A DNA stretch of 64,000 nt from Octopus sinensis (Eukaryota): positions 8,246,001 through 8,310,000 of the forward strand of contig NC_043018.1 in NCBI RefSeq assembly GCF_006345805.1. Reading direction: 5' to 3'. Positions 63,104-64,000 of the stretch are shown here, in pieces. The first letter of the stretch is position 1. Each line of letters starts with the position of its first letter. Position numbers and translations under genes: made by a program. The notes beneath the pieces are model-generated. The model made no database searches, was not told where the DNA came from, and saw only the letters and a list, made by a program, of their open reading frames with translations.

Positions 63104-63420
63104 ATGTAGGGTTGTGGTTGATCGGCATAGGTGACCGTCTGGAAGGAATGTTCTTGTCGCTCCTTTCTGCCAATGGGTAGCCCCCCACTTGCCGGTGCAA
63201 GATCGACTCTACATGGCTGACGCGTCCCCGAATCTCTGCCGCCACACCACCCGCCTTTCAGACGCTGCGTTCGCCCGCCTTTTGATGCCCGCGTTTGCCC
63301 ACCTTCGCTTGCTCGTATGTAGGGTTGTGGCTGATCGGTATAGGTGACCGTCTGGAAGGGATGTTCTCGTCGCTCCTTTCTGCCAACGGATAGACCCCGC
63401 TTACTGGTGCAAGATCGACT
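63104..63420. repeat. CpG-rich direct repeat (two about 105-bp copies, period about 212 bp)
   Basis: 63104-63208 and 63317-63420 share atgtagggttgtgg...ggtgcaagatcgact. Confidence 0.85.
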
Positions 63421-63781
63421 GGTTTACTTTCATCCATACATGTGCATGGATACGATGTCTCACCATGCATCCATTGCCATAGGACTTTATAAAATTCAAA
63501 ACACATCAAGAAATGAAATGATAGCAAGACATCAGGACATCACTGGAGTCATGTCACAAAAGCTTGTACACAGAACTTTTGCCACTTTCTTGGTCACCAC
63601 AGAAGGTTCCAGTAACAAGCACTGCAAGGTGACTGCTACTGTTTTGACTGCAAATCTTATGTCAGATTATCTTACCCCTAGAATTGCTGCCTTCCCCATG
63701 GCTTTGTGAAAAGTAACAGGAGCTTCTTCTATTCCTGGGAAATCCATTTAACCCATAGATGGGATCCTGACAGATATTACC

Positions 63782-64000
63782 TATTTCTTTACTACCCACA
63801 AGGGGCTAAGCACAGAGAGGACAAACAAGGACAGACAAACGGATTAAGTTGATTATATCGACCCCAGTGCGTAACTGGTACTTATTTAATCGACCCTGAA
63901 AGGATGAAAGGCAAAGTTGACCTCGGCGGAATTTGAACTCAGAATATAGCGGCAGACGAAATAACTATTTCTTTATTGCCCACAAGGGGCTAAACACAGA
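63782..64000 (-). mobile_element. Tandem SINE family B copies; the second runs off the window
   Basis: tatttctttact at 63782 and tatttctttattg at about 63966. Other minus-strand copies at 23920-24045, 26255-26420, 27545-27720 and 54880-55090. Confidence 0.85.

Noticed and set aside
62904-63527. Two minus-strand ORFs sharing YPLAERSD.NIPSRRSP
   Set aside because: The shared peptide only reflects the DNA direct repeat. The period is not a multiple of 3 and there are no convincing splice sites.

Overview
AT-rich, microsatellite-dense eukaryotic genomic DNA. The tRNA-derived SINE families point to a coleoid cephalopod, most likely Octopus (inference). The one recognisable protein-coding gene is on the minus strand: an LPGAT1-type lysophospholipid acyltransferase. 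Five GT-AG coding exons (54071-53819, 23781-23567, 21152-21016, 18515-18388, 13890-13499; intron phases 1,0,2,1) join into a 1125-nt ORF of 374 aa with the NHQSTAD (HX4D) and FPEGG motifs. Intron 1 is 30 kb, and a probable 5'UTR exon lies at 57771-57685. The rest is mostly repeats: several SINE families, CR1 and RTE LINE 3' fragments, decayed mariner transposons and MITEs, piggyBac-like MITEs, a non-autonomous Helitron, Penelope-like fragments and long (TA)n/(CA)n arrays. The most unusual signals are (i) a minimal type I hammerhead ribozyme motif with an intact core on the sense strand of intron 1 (35676-35635), plus a variant hammerhead-like family (21945-21986, 38821-38860), and (ii) four 245-300 bp foldback hairpins within 1.75 kb (31979-33725), two of which are related and show arm-to-arm covariation. 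No rRNA, genuine tRNA gene or CRISPR array was found. Most ORFs in the supplied track are microsatellite or repeat artefacts. Repeat coordinates were read by eye and may be off by 10-30 bp; exon, TIR and TSD coordinates were indexed base by base.
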